A DNA stretch of 64,000 nucleotides from an uncultured delta proteobacterium (GCA_963827685.1 CAWHBU010000003.1:352001-416000); one strand, 5' to 3'; positions 21,809 through 31,872 are shown, counted from the stretch's first letter. Program-made: numbers and translations. Notes: generated from the letters alone by a model not told the origin.

Positions 21809-22384
21809 TTATTTTGTATTTGGTGCTTGTTGTTTGGTGCTTGATGCGCTCTTGCCAGAGCGCAAAAACCTTTCTTTTTCACTATAGATACATCCGCAAT
21901 ATTGCTGACGGTATAATCCCATCGCCTTGGAGACCTCCATCCCTCTCTTCCATCCCTGTCGAAAATCTTCATAATAGAATGGAATACCAATCTCGTGAGC
22001 GATACGCTCGCCGGTTTCTTTGATGAGAGCATGATTTTGATGGGTACTTTGGAGAAGGGTGGTTGAAAATCCATCGAAAAACATCTTCTTCGCCTCTTGA
22101 GCTGTGGCTTCAAGGCGAACCTTATAACAATATTGACATCTCTCTTTCACCTGGTGGGACACATTCCTTAAAAACTCTTCGAGGAGATATTCATCCCGAT
22201 AGATCACCTTCAACCCGACCCGCTCTGAGTATTGTATCAATGTGTCCAGTCTTTTTTGATATTCCTGGTAAGGATGGATGTTTGGATTGAAAAAGTATCC
22301 AGTGACATCATCCCCCTTTTCTTTCATTCGTTCGAGGGGAGTGATGGCACAGTTGGCACAACAGATGTGGAGAAGAATTTTCAT
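21809..22384 (-). CDS. queH: Epoxyqueuosine reductase QueH (DUF208)
   Basis: LLHICCANC, FNPNIHP, RCQYC, YRQQYCGCIYS. Confidence 0.92.
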   Translation of the reverse strand: MKILLHICCANCAITPLERMKEKGDDVTGYFFNPNIHPYQEYQKRLDTLIQYSERVGLKVIYRDEYLLEEFLRNVSHQVKERCQYCYKVRLEATAQEAKKMFFDGFSTTLLQSTHQNHALIKETGERIAHEIGIPFYYEDFRQGWKRGMEVSKAMGLYRQQYCGCIYSEKERFLRSGKSASSTKQQAPNTK

Positions 22385-22395
22385 TCAAAGGATAG

Positions 22396-22470
22396 ACGAA
22401 TTAATCGAATGGGAACGAATTTTCCAAATAAAGCCTGTTCGAGTTATTCGCTGCCATTCGTCTCATTCGT
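22396..22470. repeat. Mirror-symmetric 9/10/9-nt periodic element (CGAAT ... ATTCG)
   Basis: CGAAT-like units at 22397, 22406, 22416, 22425; ATTCG-like units at 22437, 22446, 22456, 22465. Confidence 0.8.
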
Positions 22471-22489
22471 ATAAAAAAGACGTATTTCA

Positions 22490-24973
22490 TTAACTTGCGG
22501 CCGATAACTTTTTTTCAGAATCTTTCCTCCGTGGAATCCCCAGATCCTTCTCCACTTGCAAAATCCTGTCGGTCGTCTTGATGACCGTGTCAGGATTGAG
22601 GGAGATGCTGTCGATGCCGCAGCGGACCAGAAACTCGGCGAATTCTGGATAGTCGCTGGGAGCTTGTCCGCAGATGCCAATCTTCCTTCCGTTCTTCTTG
22701 GCCCTTTCAATCACTAACTGAACCATTTTTTTCACAGCCGGATCCCGCTCATCGAAGATATGAGAAACTTTCTCTGAATCACGATCCAATCCCAACATCA
22801 ACTGGGTCAGATCATTCGATCCAATGGAAAACCCATCAAAAATCTCAGCGAATTCATCCGCCATGATCACATTACTGGGGACCTCACACATCACATAGAT
22901 TTCGAGGCCATTTTCCCCCTGGATCAGACCGTGCTTTCTCATCTCCGCAATCACCAATCTCCCCTCCTCCACCGTCCTGCAGAAGGGGATCATCAATTTT
23001 ACATTGATCAGACCCATTTTATCCCGAACCTTTTTCATCGCCATGCATTCGAGAGCAAACCCTTCCTGATAAGACTCGTCATAGTACCGGGAGGCTCCTC
23101 GGAAACCAATCATGGGGTTGTCTTCGACAGGCTCAAATTCGATTCCACCGATGAGATTGGCGTACTCATTGCTTTTAAAATCACTCAATCTCACTATGAC
23201 ATCTTTAGGATAAAAGGCAGCAGCAATCTTGGCCACCCCTTGAGCCAACCTATCAACGAAGAAGGCTTCCTTATCTTCATACCCGATGGTCAACTGTTCA
23301 ATCTCCTTTTTAGCATGACTATCGCTGATTGAATCAAATCGGACAAGAGCCATTGGATGGATCTTAATGTAGTTATTGATGATAAATTCTACCCTGGCCA
23401 GACCCACCCCATCGTTGGGAATAAAGGAGAGGTGGAAGGCATTGTCCGGATTTCCCACGTTCATCATGATTTTTGTTTGAGGCTTCTCCAGATGTGCCAT
23501 ATCGAAGTGCCTCACCTCATAATCGAGGATCCCTTCGAAAACCAATCCCGTCTCCCCTTGTGCACAACAAACGGTGGCACTTCGATAGTCTTTCAAAACC
23601 TCGCTTCCATCTCCTGTTCCCACCACACAGGGAACGCCCAGTTCCCGGCTGATGATGGCCGCATGACATGTCCTCCCTCCGCGGTCGGTCACAATGCCCG
23701 AGGCAATTTTCATGATGGGTTCCCAATCCGGGTCTGTCATCTGGGTAACCAATATCTCGCCCTTCTTAAACTTCTCTATCTCTCTCGCACTGGTGATGAC
23801 ATTGATGGGCCCAGCGCCAATCTTTTCACCGACACTCTTCCCCTGTACCAGCACCCTTCCTTTCTCTTTTAAAGAATAGGTCTCCAAAACGTTCATGGCT
23901 CCTTGGGATTTTACCGTCTCTGGCCTGGCTTGAAGGATAAAGAGCTGTTGGGTAATACCGTCCTTGGCCCACTCAATATCCATGGGCATGTAGACCCCTG
24001 CTTTTTTCGAATAGTGCTCTTCGATCTTTATCCCCCATTGTGCAAGCTTAATAATCTCCTCGTCATCCAAGATGAAATCCGCCCTTTCTTGTGCGGAGAC
24101 AGGAACATTCTTGGTTGATCCCTCTCCCTCGAGCGTGTAGATCATTTTGATCTCTTTCGTCCCGAGGGTTTTCTGAATGATGGGTTTATAATTTCCTTTG
24201 ATGCAGGGTTTAAATACATAAAATTCGTCGGGATTGATGACTCCCTGAACAATATTCTCTCCCAATCCATAGGAACCTGTGATGTACACCACGTCCGGAA
24301 AGCCGGATTCCGTATCAATGGTGAACATCACCCCAGAACAGGCTTTATCCGACCGCACCATCTTCTGAATTCCGATGGAGAGAGCGACCTGAAAGTGGTC
24401 AAACCCCTTGTGGGTTCTGTAAGAGATGGCACGGGTGGTAAACAGTGAGGCAAAACATCGTTTGCAGGCCTGAACAAGGGCATATTCCCCGCGAATATTA
24501 AGATAGGTCTCCTGCTGACCGGCAAAACTTGCACCCGGAAGGTCCTCGGCTGTGGCGCTGCTACGGACTGCCACATCCGTATCCTCTCCATATTCCTTGC
24601 ACAACTTCCGATAGGCTTTAACAACCTCTTCAACGATCTCCCTGGGAAACTCCAAACTATGGATAAGCCTCCGGACACGGCTTCCCCTCTCTGAAAGGTT
24701 TTCCACATCCTCGACGTCGAGACCCGTCAGTATCTCTTGAATACCTTCTTTAATCTTTGTTTTACCCTTGACATCATGCCAGTCCTGTACAATCCCTTCA
24801 TCCAAAAGGGAATGGTAGGCATTAACGGTTATAGCAAATCCATTAGGAACGGTCACCCCTTGTTTCGTCAGTTCCTTCCGCATCTCCCCCAAGGAGGCAT
24901 TCTTTCCTCCTACAACGGGAAGATCGTTAAGTCCGATTTCGTCAAACCAAAGGATATAAGGTTTTTTAGCCAT
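22490..24973 (-). CDS. ppsA: Phosphoenolpyruvate synthase (pyruvate, water dikinase)
   Basis: VGGKNASLGEM, VAVRSSATAED, ILQARPETV, GGRTCHAAI (phospho-His), GFSIGSNDL. Confidence 0.96.
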   Translation of the reverse strand: MAKKPYILWFDEIGLNDLPVVGGKNASLGEMRKELTKQGVTVPNGFAITVNAYHSLLDEGIVQDWHDVKGKTKIKEGIQEILTGLDVEDVENLSERGSRVRRLIHSLEFPREIVEEVVKAYRKLCKEYGEDTDVAVRSSATAEDLPGASFAGQQETYLNIRGEYALVQACKRCFASLFTTRAISYRTHKGFDHFQVALSIGIQKMVRSDKACSGVMFTIDTESGFPDVVYITGSYGLGENIVQGVINPDEFYVFKPCIKGNYKPIIQKTLGTKEIKMIYTLEGEGSTKNVPVSAQERADFILDDEEIIKLAQWGIKIEEHYSKKAGVYMPMDIEWAKDGITQQLFILQARPETVKSQGAMNVLETYSLKEKGRVLVQGKSVGEKIGAGPINVITSAREIEKFKKGEILVTQMTDPDWEPIMKIASGIVTDRGGRTCHAAIISRELGVPCVVGTGDGSEVLKDYRSATVCCAQGETGLVFEGILDYEVRHFDMAHLEKPQTKIMMNVGNPDNAFHLSFIPNDGVGLARVEFIINNYIKIHPMALVRFDSISDSHAKKEIEQLTIGYEDKEAFFVDRLAQGVAKIAAAFYPKDVIVRLSDFKSNEYANLIGGIEFEPVEDNPMIGFRGASRYYDESYQEGFALECMAMKKVRDKMGLINVKLMIPFCRTVEEGRLVIAEMRKHGLIQGENGLEIYVMCEVPSNVIMADEFAEIFDGFSIGSNDLTQLMLGLDRDSEKVSHIFDERDPAVKKMVQLVIERAKKNGRKIGICGQAPSDYPEFAEFLVRCGIDSISLNPDTVIKTTDRILQVEKDLGIPRRKDSEKKLSAAS

Positions 24974-25040
24974 GGTCCCCTCCCTGGGAGCCTTAATTAT
25001 TTTATGAATTGGTGTTAACCTTTCGGTATATTAGAATATA

Positions 25041-25069
25041 AATTTAGCCGAACCTAACTGCCTTGTCAA
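25041..25069 (-). promoter_or_regulatory. Candidate sigma70 promoter for ppsA
   Basis: Minus strand TTGACA-N17-TAAATT. Confidence 0.5.
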
Positions 25070-25172
25070 GGGTGGTTCTCATCTCATGTGATTTGATTTG
25101 CAAATGAGGAATTGATTTTTGAATAAATTATAATTAATATAGGACGTTATCCTAGAGAAGGAAGTGAAATCC

Positions 25173-28001
25173 ATGAAAAGTCCGAGATATGTCTATCTTT
25201 TTGAAGAGGCAGATGGGACCAACAAGAAACTCCTTGGAGGGAAAGGAGCGGGCTTGGCTGAAATGACCCGTATGGGTCTTCATGTCCCGCCCGGCTTTAT
25301 CGTCACCACAGAGGCCTGCCTTCGTTACTATGAGAACAAAAAGAAACTCCCTAAAGGTTTGATGGAGGAAGTCCGGACAAACCTGAAGATCGTGGAGGAA
25401 AAAACAGGTAAGACGTTTGGAAGTGCCCAAAATCCCCTCTTCTTCTCTGTCCGTTCGGGCGCCGCGATTTCTATGCCAGGAATGATGGACACCATTCTCA
25501 ATTTGGGTTTAAACGACAAGACTCTGGAGGCTTTGATCCAGATCACTTCGGATGGAAGATTCGCCTTTGATGCCCACCGGAGATTTATTCAACTCTTCGG
25601 GAAAATTGCCTTGGGAGTGGAAGAAAAGGAATTTGACCAAATCCTTAACGAGACAAAAGAAAAAGCCGGAGCCAAGGAGGATACTGGTCTCGATGCGGAT
25701 GATCTCAAGGATGTCTGCAAACAATATCTGAAATTAGTTAAGAAGAGGACGGGAATTCCTTTTCCAGAGAATCCAATGGTCCAATTGGAACTCGCCATTG
25801 AAGCGGTCTTCAAATCGTGGATGGGCAAGAGGGCAGTGGATTATCGGAAGGAATTCAACGTTACCCCTGACATGGCAAATGGAACCGCTGTCAATGTGTG
25901 TACCATGATTTTTGGAAATATGGGTTTTGACTCTGCGACAGGGGTCGCCTTTACACGAGACCCGGGCACAGGAGAAAACATTCTTTATGGCGAATATCTC
26001 GTGAATGCTCAGGGTGAGGATGTCGTGGCCGGGATCCGGACACCCAAACCCATTCAAGAGATGAAGAAGGAAATGCCGAAAATCTATCGAGAGTTGGAGC
26101 GGGTCAGAAAAACCTTGGAAGAACATTTTCATGAAGTTCAGGACTTCGAATTTACCGTGGAGAAAGGGAATCTTTACATCCTTCAAACCCGAAACGGGAA
26201 GATGAATGCTCAGGCGATCGTTCGAACCTCCAAAGAGATGGTCTCTGAAAAACTCATTCATAAGCAAGAAGCAGTCCTGAGATTGAAACCTCAGGAGTTG
26301 GAACAACTCCTCCATAGGCGGATCGATCCAAATTTCAAGGGAAAACCGGTCTGCGCCGGCCTTGCCGCCTCCCCTGGAGCAGCCTCCGGAAAGGCAATCT
26401 TCGATGCCGATGAGGCGGAACGGGTAGGGAAGCTCGGCCACAAGGTGATCCTGGTTCGAGAAGAGACCAAGCCTGAGGATATTCACGGATTCTTTGCCTC
26501 ACAAGGAATCTTGACAACCCGTGGGGGAAAAACTTCCCATGCCGCCGTGGTGGCAAGAGGCATGGGGAAGCCTTGTGTTTCAGGATGTGAAGAACTCCAC
26601 ATCGATCCGAGAGGGAAAGAGGCGACGATAAGAAATGTTCACCTCAAGGAAGGAGATTTTATCACCATCGATGGCTCCAGGGGCGAGGTCTATCTGGGAG
26701 AGGTTCCTACTGTAGATCCTGAAATCAGCAAAGACCTGCTGACGCTCTTGAGCTGGGCGGATGAGATAAGAACCTTGGGCGTTCGGGCCAATGCCGATAC
26801 CCCTGAGGGAGCGGTTAAAGCCAGGCAGTTGGGTGCAGAAGGGATCGGCCTCTGCCGAACAGAAAGAATGTTCAATGCCGCGGATCGGCTCCCTATCGTC
26901 CGGCAGATGATCTTGGCAGGGTCGAAGGAAAAGAGAGCAGAGGCGATTGCAAAACTCCTTCCCATGCAGCGCAGCGACTTGAAGGAAATCTTCAAAGCCA
27001 TGGCAGGCCTGCCGGTGACCATCCGCCTCCTCGACCCACCGCTTCATGAGTTTCTTCCGTCCGCCGAAGAATTAGCCGAAGAATTGAGAAAGCTGAAGGA
27101 GGTTGAGACCGCCTTTTCCACTATGGAAAACATCTCCGATGCAATGAAGTTTTTGGATCCCTCTTTTCGGGAATCACTCGGACTCCTCGACCACGTGGTG
27201 ACGGATATTGTCGAGATTAGAGAGAAGAGACTCGATAAAAAGCTCATCCGGAAGGAACAGGAGACCCTCAGGAAGGTAAAAGAGATGATGGAGGTCAACC
27301 CCATGCTGGGCCATCGGGGAGTAAGATTGGGAATCACCTATCCTGAAATTTATAGGATGCAAATTCAGGCCATTCTGGAGGCAGCCGCCGAGCTGATTAA
27401 AGAGGGAGTCGATATTCAACCTGAAATCATGGTTCCGCAGGTCTGCACGGCCCAAGAATTGAAATGGGTTTATCAACTCGTCAAAAAGGTCCAAAAGGAA
27501 GTGGAGAAACAATATCGGATTCAGATCCCCTTCAAATTCGGGACCATGATCGAAGTCGTGAGGGCTTGTATGAGAGCCGGAAGATTGGCAGAGGTGGCCG
27601 ACTTCTTCTCCTTCGGGACCAATGACCTTACCCAGGCCACCTTCTCTTTCTCAAGAGAGGATGCGGAGAATAAATTCCTTCCTCTTTATAATCAACGAAA
27701 GATTCTCCAGGACAATCCCTTTGAAGTATTGGATGTAAAAGGCGTAGGAAGGTTAATGATGATTGCCATTGAGTGGGGAAGGAAGACGAAACCGGATCTG
27801 AAGATTGGAATTTGTGGTGAACACGGCGGTCATCCGGAATCAGTTGAATTCAGCCACAGCATAGGACTTTCTTATGTCAGTTGTTCCGTTCCACGACTCC
27901 CGATTGCGCGCCTCGCAGCAGCCCATGCCAAACTGAAAGAGAAGGATAGAATATTGCCAGAAAAATATGACCCGGATACGAGTTTTAACATCTTTCTCTA
28001 A
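25173..28001 (+). CDS. ppdK: Pyruvate, phosphate dikinase
   Basis: LLGGKGAGLAEM, SVRSGAAISMPGMMDT, GGKTSHAAVVARG, GIGLCRTE, FSFGTNDLTQ, ICGEHGG. Confidence 0.96.
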   Translation: MKSPRYVYLFEEADGTNKKLLGGKGAGLAEMTRMGLHVPPGFIVTTEACLRYYENKKKLPKGLMEEVRTNLKIVEEKTGKTFGSAQNPLFFSVRSGAAISMPGMMDTILNLGLNDKTLEALIQITSDGRFAFDAHRRFIQLFGKIALGVEEKEFDQILNETKEKAGAKEDTGLDADDLKDVCKQYLKLVKKRTGIPFPENPMVQLELAIEAVFKSWMGKRAVDYRKEFNVTPDMANGTAVNVCTMIFGNMGFDSATGVAFTRDPGTGENILYGEYLVNAQGEDVVAGIRTPKPIQEMKKEMPKIYRELERVRKTLEEHFHEVQDFEFTVEKGNLYILQTRNGKMNAQAIVRTSKEMVSEKLIHKQEAVLRLKPQELEQLLHRRIDPNFKGKPVCAGLAASPGAASGKAIFDADEAERVGKLGHKVILVREETKPEDIHGFFASQGILTTRGGKTSHAAVVARGMGKPCVSGCEELHIDPRGKEATIRNVHLKEGDFITIDGSRGEVYLGEVPTVDPEISKDLLTLLSWADEIRTLGVRANADTPEGAVKARQLGAEGIGLCRTERMFNAADRLPIVRQMILAGSKEKRAEAIAKLLPMQRSDLKEIFKAMAGLPVTIRLLDPPLHEFLPSAEELAEELRKLKEVETAFSTMENISDAMKFLDPSFRESLGLLDHVVTDIVEIREKRLDKKLIRKEQETLRKVKEMMEVNPMLGHRGVRLGITYPEIYRMQIQAILEAAAELIKEGVDIQPEIMVPQVCTAQELKWVYQLVKKVQKEVEKQYRIQIPFKFGTMIEVVRACMRAGRLAEVADFFSFGTNDLTQATFSFSREDAENKFLPLYNQRKILQDNPFEVLDVKGVGRLMMIAIEWGRKTKPDLKIGICGEHGGHPESVEFSHSIGLSYVSCSVPRLPIARLAAAHAKLKEKDRILPEKYDPDTSFNIFL

Positions 28002-28065
28002 ACTGCTTAGGAATCGTTTAGACCTCAACGGGTACGGGAATCGGTCAGGTAGGAGGAAATGACCC

Positions 28066-28494
28066 ATGCCCTTCAGAACATCGATCAAGGTCTGCTTCAG
28101 TGACATAGATAATGCGGGGATTGTCTACTATCCCCGTTTCATACATTACTTCCATTTGGCGATGGAGGAATTCTTCGCTGAGGAGATAGGGATCGATTAT
28201 GCAGACGTCTTACATAGACACAACCTCTCCCTTCCAACCGTCCACCTCGAAAGCGACTTTCGACGGAGGTTGCGTTACGGCGATCGGATCAGCATGGAAG
28301 TCAGAGTGATCCACATCGGCCAAAGCTCCATTACCTGGGGGTATCGGGGTTACCGAAGGGACGAAGAAGAAATGGTCGTGGAGGGGCAAAATGTTACGGT
28401 CTGCGTCAGGACAGATACCTTTGACAAAATAAACGTCCCTGAATGGCTGAGGCAGGGTTTGGCCAGCTACATGGAGAGGTTTAATAAGAAGTGA
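28066..28494 (+). CDS. Acyl-CoA thioesterase (4HBT/hotdog family)
   Basis: 'FSDIDNAGIVYYPRF' motif, 142 aa. Confidence 0.88.
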   Translation: MPFRTSIKVCFSDIDNAGIVYYPRFIHYFHLAMEEFFAEEIGIDYADVLHRHNLSLPTVHLESDFRRRLRYGDRISMEVRVIHIGQSSITWGYRGYRRDEEEMVVEGQNVTVCVRTDTFDKINVPEWLRQGLASYMERFNKK

Positions 28495-28528
28495 CTCCAG
28501 GACCCACAAGGTGGAGTGTCGTGAACCC

Positions 28529-30274
28529 TCAGACCTCAAGGGGAAGGATTTTCCGATCTCTTAATCTGACATATCCCTGATGAGTAATTCTCAGGTGAGG
28601 GATGGCAGGTGTTCCGAGAGTATCGATGGTGAGCATAGGCTTTTCCCATTTGACTCCGTTCTCCCTTAGGAATTCTTCGAGTTGTCTTACCTCTTCTCGC
28701 ACCACCTCCATCGATTTTAACGATACCAATCCGCAGAGAGGAGCAGGAAATTCAGCGACAACCTCCCCTCCCACCGCATAAACGCCTCCGCCGCCAATTT
28801 CTTTGAGCCTTTCAATGACCGTCTCCATCGATCGGGTATCGCACCCCACGATAATCATATCCGTTGTATCCCAGCACATCGTAGATCCATAGGCTCCCTT
28901 TTGAAGACCAAATCCTTTGAGAAGCCCCATGAAGGCCTTTCCGTTACCCACCCGATCTATGGCAAGGATCATGATGACGTCCTCCGATTCACCAGGGATC
29001 TCAAGATCAATCATCTTCTCCTGGGTCACCAGTCTTGTTACAAGTTCCATCACCCTTACCTTCCCTCGATTCGGGAGTGGAGGGACCGTGTAGTTAGAAA
29101 CCTTAACCATATGAAACATATATTCCGGAAAAAAAACTTTCTTTGGTTCAACCATCGATTTACCGTCTCTGTAAATAATCTTTCCGTCGCACATCACAAG
29201 CTGGGGGGAATAATCATGCGGTGAAGGGATGATCACAATATCCGCCATCTTCCCGGGGGAAAGAGAGCCGATAAGGTGATTCAGGCGGAAGTGGTCCGCT
29301 ACATTAATGGTAACCATTTGAAAAGTTATGGCCGGCGAAACTCCAAGCTTCAGCGCCTTTTTCAACGCGGCGTCAAGATAGCCCTCCTCAAGGAATCCAT
29401 CAGGGTCCACGCCGTCGGTGGCAAGGATCAATCTTCTAAAATCGACCTTCTTCCTGAAAATATCCTTGACTCCATCCAATTCTTTTCTTACGGACCCTTC
29501 CCTAATCATAACCGAGTAGCCGAGTCTCAGTCTTTCCAATACCTCATCTTCGTTGATGGGCTCATGACAGGACGAGACTCCGAAACAGGTATATGCCTGA
29601 AGCTTTCTTCCTCTGGCGCCTGCGCTGTGCCCTTCGATGATCTTCCCAAGTCCGAGAGCCATGGAGACAAGTTCTCTCACTCTCTCCCCCTGTCTTCCCT
29701 CCAAAAAAATGTTACCCCAGTAAATCTCACCTACGCCCAGGCACCTTGGGTCCTTCAGCAAAGGCAGGAGTTCTTCATTCGTGGGGGCATTAATTTCTTC
29801 GGATGGAGTGAGACCGCACATCGCCGGGATGGTGTAGTAGAACCTGATCGGCTGCTTTTCTAATCCTCTTGCCACGTATTCGATGCCGTCTTTGCCTACT
29901 ATCGGCGCGAACTCCATCGTTTCGGTAACAACCGTGGTGGTCCCGCCAGGGATGACATGCCTTGTGAATTCTTCGATCCCCGACCTGTTACTAATGGTGT
30001 GCGTGTGGCCGTCGATCAACCCGGGAAGAAGAACCATGCCATCTGCGTCGATCACCAGGGTCTTCTCTCCTTTGCATGGATCATGGTCAGGACCAACATA
30101 GGCGATCATTCCATCCTTGATCCAGATGGACTGTTTCTTGATAAACTCTCTTGTGAAAACATTGAAGACTGTACCATGGGTGATGATCGTATCAGGAGGA
30201 ACATTTCCTAAAGCCACTTCACTTAGCGTTTTTCTCTTTTCGATATCATTCATGAAAGGTTTCATAACAAACAC
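28529..30274 (-). CDS. Divergent adenine deaminase-family amidohydrolase (start uncertain)
   Basis: PGLIDGHTH, EGHS, SCHE, IREGS, ATDG, 'PGKMADIV'; Ade-like C-terminal domain. Confidence 0.8.
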   Translation of the reverse strand: MFVMKPFMNDIEKRKTLSEVALGNVPPDTIITHGTVFNVFTREFIKKQSIWIKDGMIAYVGPDHDPCKGEKTLVIDADGMVLLPGLIDGHTHTISNRSGIEEFTRHVIPGGTTTVVTETMEFAPIVGKDGIEYVARGLEKQPIRFYYTIPAMCGLTPSEEINAPTNEELLPLLKDPRCLGVGEIYWGNIFLEGRQGERVRELVSMALGLGKIIEGHSAGARGRKLQAYTCFGVSSCHEPINEDEVLERLRLGYSVMIREGSVRKELDGVKDIFRKKVDFRRLILATDGVDPDGFLEEGYLDAALKKALKLGVSPAITFQMVTINVADHFRLNHLIGSLSPGKMADIVIIPSPHDYSPQLVMCDGKIIYRDGKSMVEPKKVFFPEYMFHMVKVSNYTVPPLPNRGKVRVMELVTRLVTQEKMIDLEIPGESEDVIMILAIDRVGNGKAFMGLLKGFGLQKGAYGSTMCWDTTDMIIVGCDTRSMETVIERLKEIGGGGVYAVGGEVVAEFPAPLCGLVSLKSMEVVREEVRQLEEFLRENGVKWEKPMLTIDTLGTPAIPHLRITHQGYVRLRDRKILPLEV

Positions 30275-30380
30275 GGAGATGTCCTGTCAAATAACCTCTG
30301 CCAAACTCATGATGTCTATGCCTCCTGTGAGATATATTGTTATGCTGCCTGCCGCATGCGACCTGCTTTTGACGGCGTGG

Positions 30381-31226
30381 CTACGTCCGACGGCTAAGAT
30401 GTGTTTCTAACCACGCTTTGACATCTCCCAACACTTGGTCATGTTCCGGTTCGTTAAACACTTCGTGGTAAAGGCCATCGTAGATCTTGATTGTTTTATC
30501 GGCGGAGCTGACCGCATCGTATAACATCTGGGCGCCCTTCGGATCGACCAGCTTGTCTGCTCCGCCTTGCACAATCAAAATCGGAAGCGTTATCTTGGTG
30601 GCCTCGGCAGTGACACGCCGGATTGCCTTGACGAGTTCCGCTGACAGCCGCGCAGTGACTTTGCCACGGCATACCAGAGGATCATTGACATAGGCTTGCA
30701 CTACCGCAGGATCTCGAGACACCCCCTCTGCCTCCAACCCAATCAGTCCGAGCTTGGGCATCAAGACTGAAATCACCTTACCCACAAAAATGACAACCGG
30801 TGAGACGGTGCCGTGTACTTTGACAGCCGGTCCGGAAAGGACTGCACCTGTCAATTCAGCCTGGTGGTCGAGTAGGTATACTGCACCAATCAGCCCGCCC
30901 ATGCTGTGCCCCACCAAGAATATCGGTTGATCGGGCTGCCAATGGCGGACCATGTCAAAGTAAGTCTTCAGCGTAACCGTATAATCTTCAAATCGCTCCA
31001 CGTACACCCGCGTGCCGCTCGATTTGCCGTGTCCGATGTGATCAAGGGCGTAGACGGCATAACCAAGCGGAACGAAGTAATTGACAACGTTCATGTACCG
31101 TCCACTGTGTTCAGCCAGCCCGTGGATAATCAGCAGGATAGCTATTGACTTGCCCTCTGGCAACCAGGATTGGTAATAGATGCTGGCATCCCGCATCCCT
31201 TTGAACGTCCCCTCTTGATGTTTCAT
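30381..31226 (-). CDS. Alpha/beta hydrolase (lysophospholipase/monoacylglycerol lipase-like)
   Basis: HGLAEHSGRY, GHSMGG, GGADKLV, YHEVFNE. Confidence 0.92.
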   Translation of the reverse strand: MKHQEGTFKGMRDASIYYQSWLPEGKSIAILLIIHGLAEHSGRYMNVVNYFVPLGYAVYALDHIGHGKSSGTRVYVERFEDYTVTLKTYFDMVRHWQPDQPIFLVGHSMGGLIGAVYLLDHQAELTGAVLSGPAVKVHGTVSPVVIFVGKVISVLMPKLGLIGLEAEGVSRDPAVVQAYVNDPLVCRGKVTARLSAELVKAIRRVTAEATKITLPILIVQGGADKLVDPKGAQMLYDAVSSADKTIKIYDGLYHEVFNEPEHDQVLGDVKAWLETHLSRRT

Positions 31227-31554
31227 TTTCTGATCTCCTCCTCTTAAATGCCTTATGGAATCATGTCCGTGCTAAGCAGAGCACTAAGATTGACCATGTG
31301 GAATGTCAGCTGACCCGCTTCCCACTAATCTCGCCAAATCACAACTTCCCTTAGATGATCAATCTTTTCTGGTGTCTTATTTCTTATTGCGGGCATACTT
31401 TTTTATTTTTGTTGCTGCATTCGTTAAATGACAAGGGCAACCCCTTCTGTTTTGATGCTATATCTCCATCCCGCATATGTAGAATTTCATAACAAAACTC
31501 GAAGCTCGGCGTCAAATGCAAGGATATGCGCAAAAATGTATTACCAAATTAATC

Positions 31555-31585
31555 TTGACTTACTTCATACAATATGGTATACATT
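31555..31585 (+). promoter_or_regulatory. Candidate sigma70 promoter for vapBC
   Basis: TTGACT-N17-TATACA with an upstream TG. Confidence 0.45.
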
Positions 31586-31611
31586 CATAAAAAGTTGTAC
31601 AGGAGAGATAT

Positions 31612-31872
31612 ATGGAGACAGCTGTAACCATTAAAGGCCAGGTCGTCATTCCAGCAAAGATCAGGCATCGTTTGGGAATTAAGAAGGGCACCAAGTTCTA
31701 TGTCGAAGAGCGAAAGGGGGAGATTATCCTTCGCCCCTTGAACAAGGAGTACTTCCAGGAGATGAGTGGTATTCTCAAGGAAGGAGGACTCGTCAAGGCA
31801 CTGGAAGAAACCAGAGCAAAGGATCTTGAGCGAGAGGAGGAGAAGATTGGCCGCCGCAAAGGTTCTCGATAG
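31612..31872 (+). CDS. vapB: AbrB/MazE/SpoVT-family antitoxin
   Basis: 'VTIKGQVVIPAKIRHRLGIKKG' swapped-hairpin motif; overlaps a PIN gene. Confidence 0.88.
   Translation: METAVTIKGQVVIPAKIRHRLGIKKGTKFYVEERKGEIILRPLNKEYFQEMSGILKEGGLVKALEETRAKDLEREEEKIGRRKGSR

Noticed and set aside
25087-25104. Rex-like box ATGTGATTTGATTTGCAA between ppsA and ppdK
   Set aside because: Four mismatches to TTGTGAA-N4-TTCACAA in an AT-rich region; too weak to call.
30287-30289. Selenocysteine read-through into the second deaminase
   Set aside because: The TGA lies in a non-conserved N-terminal position with no Cys-equivalent role and no obvious SECIS hairpin.
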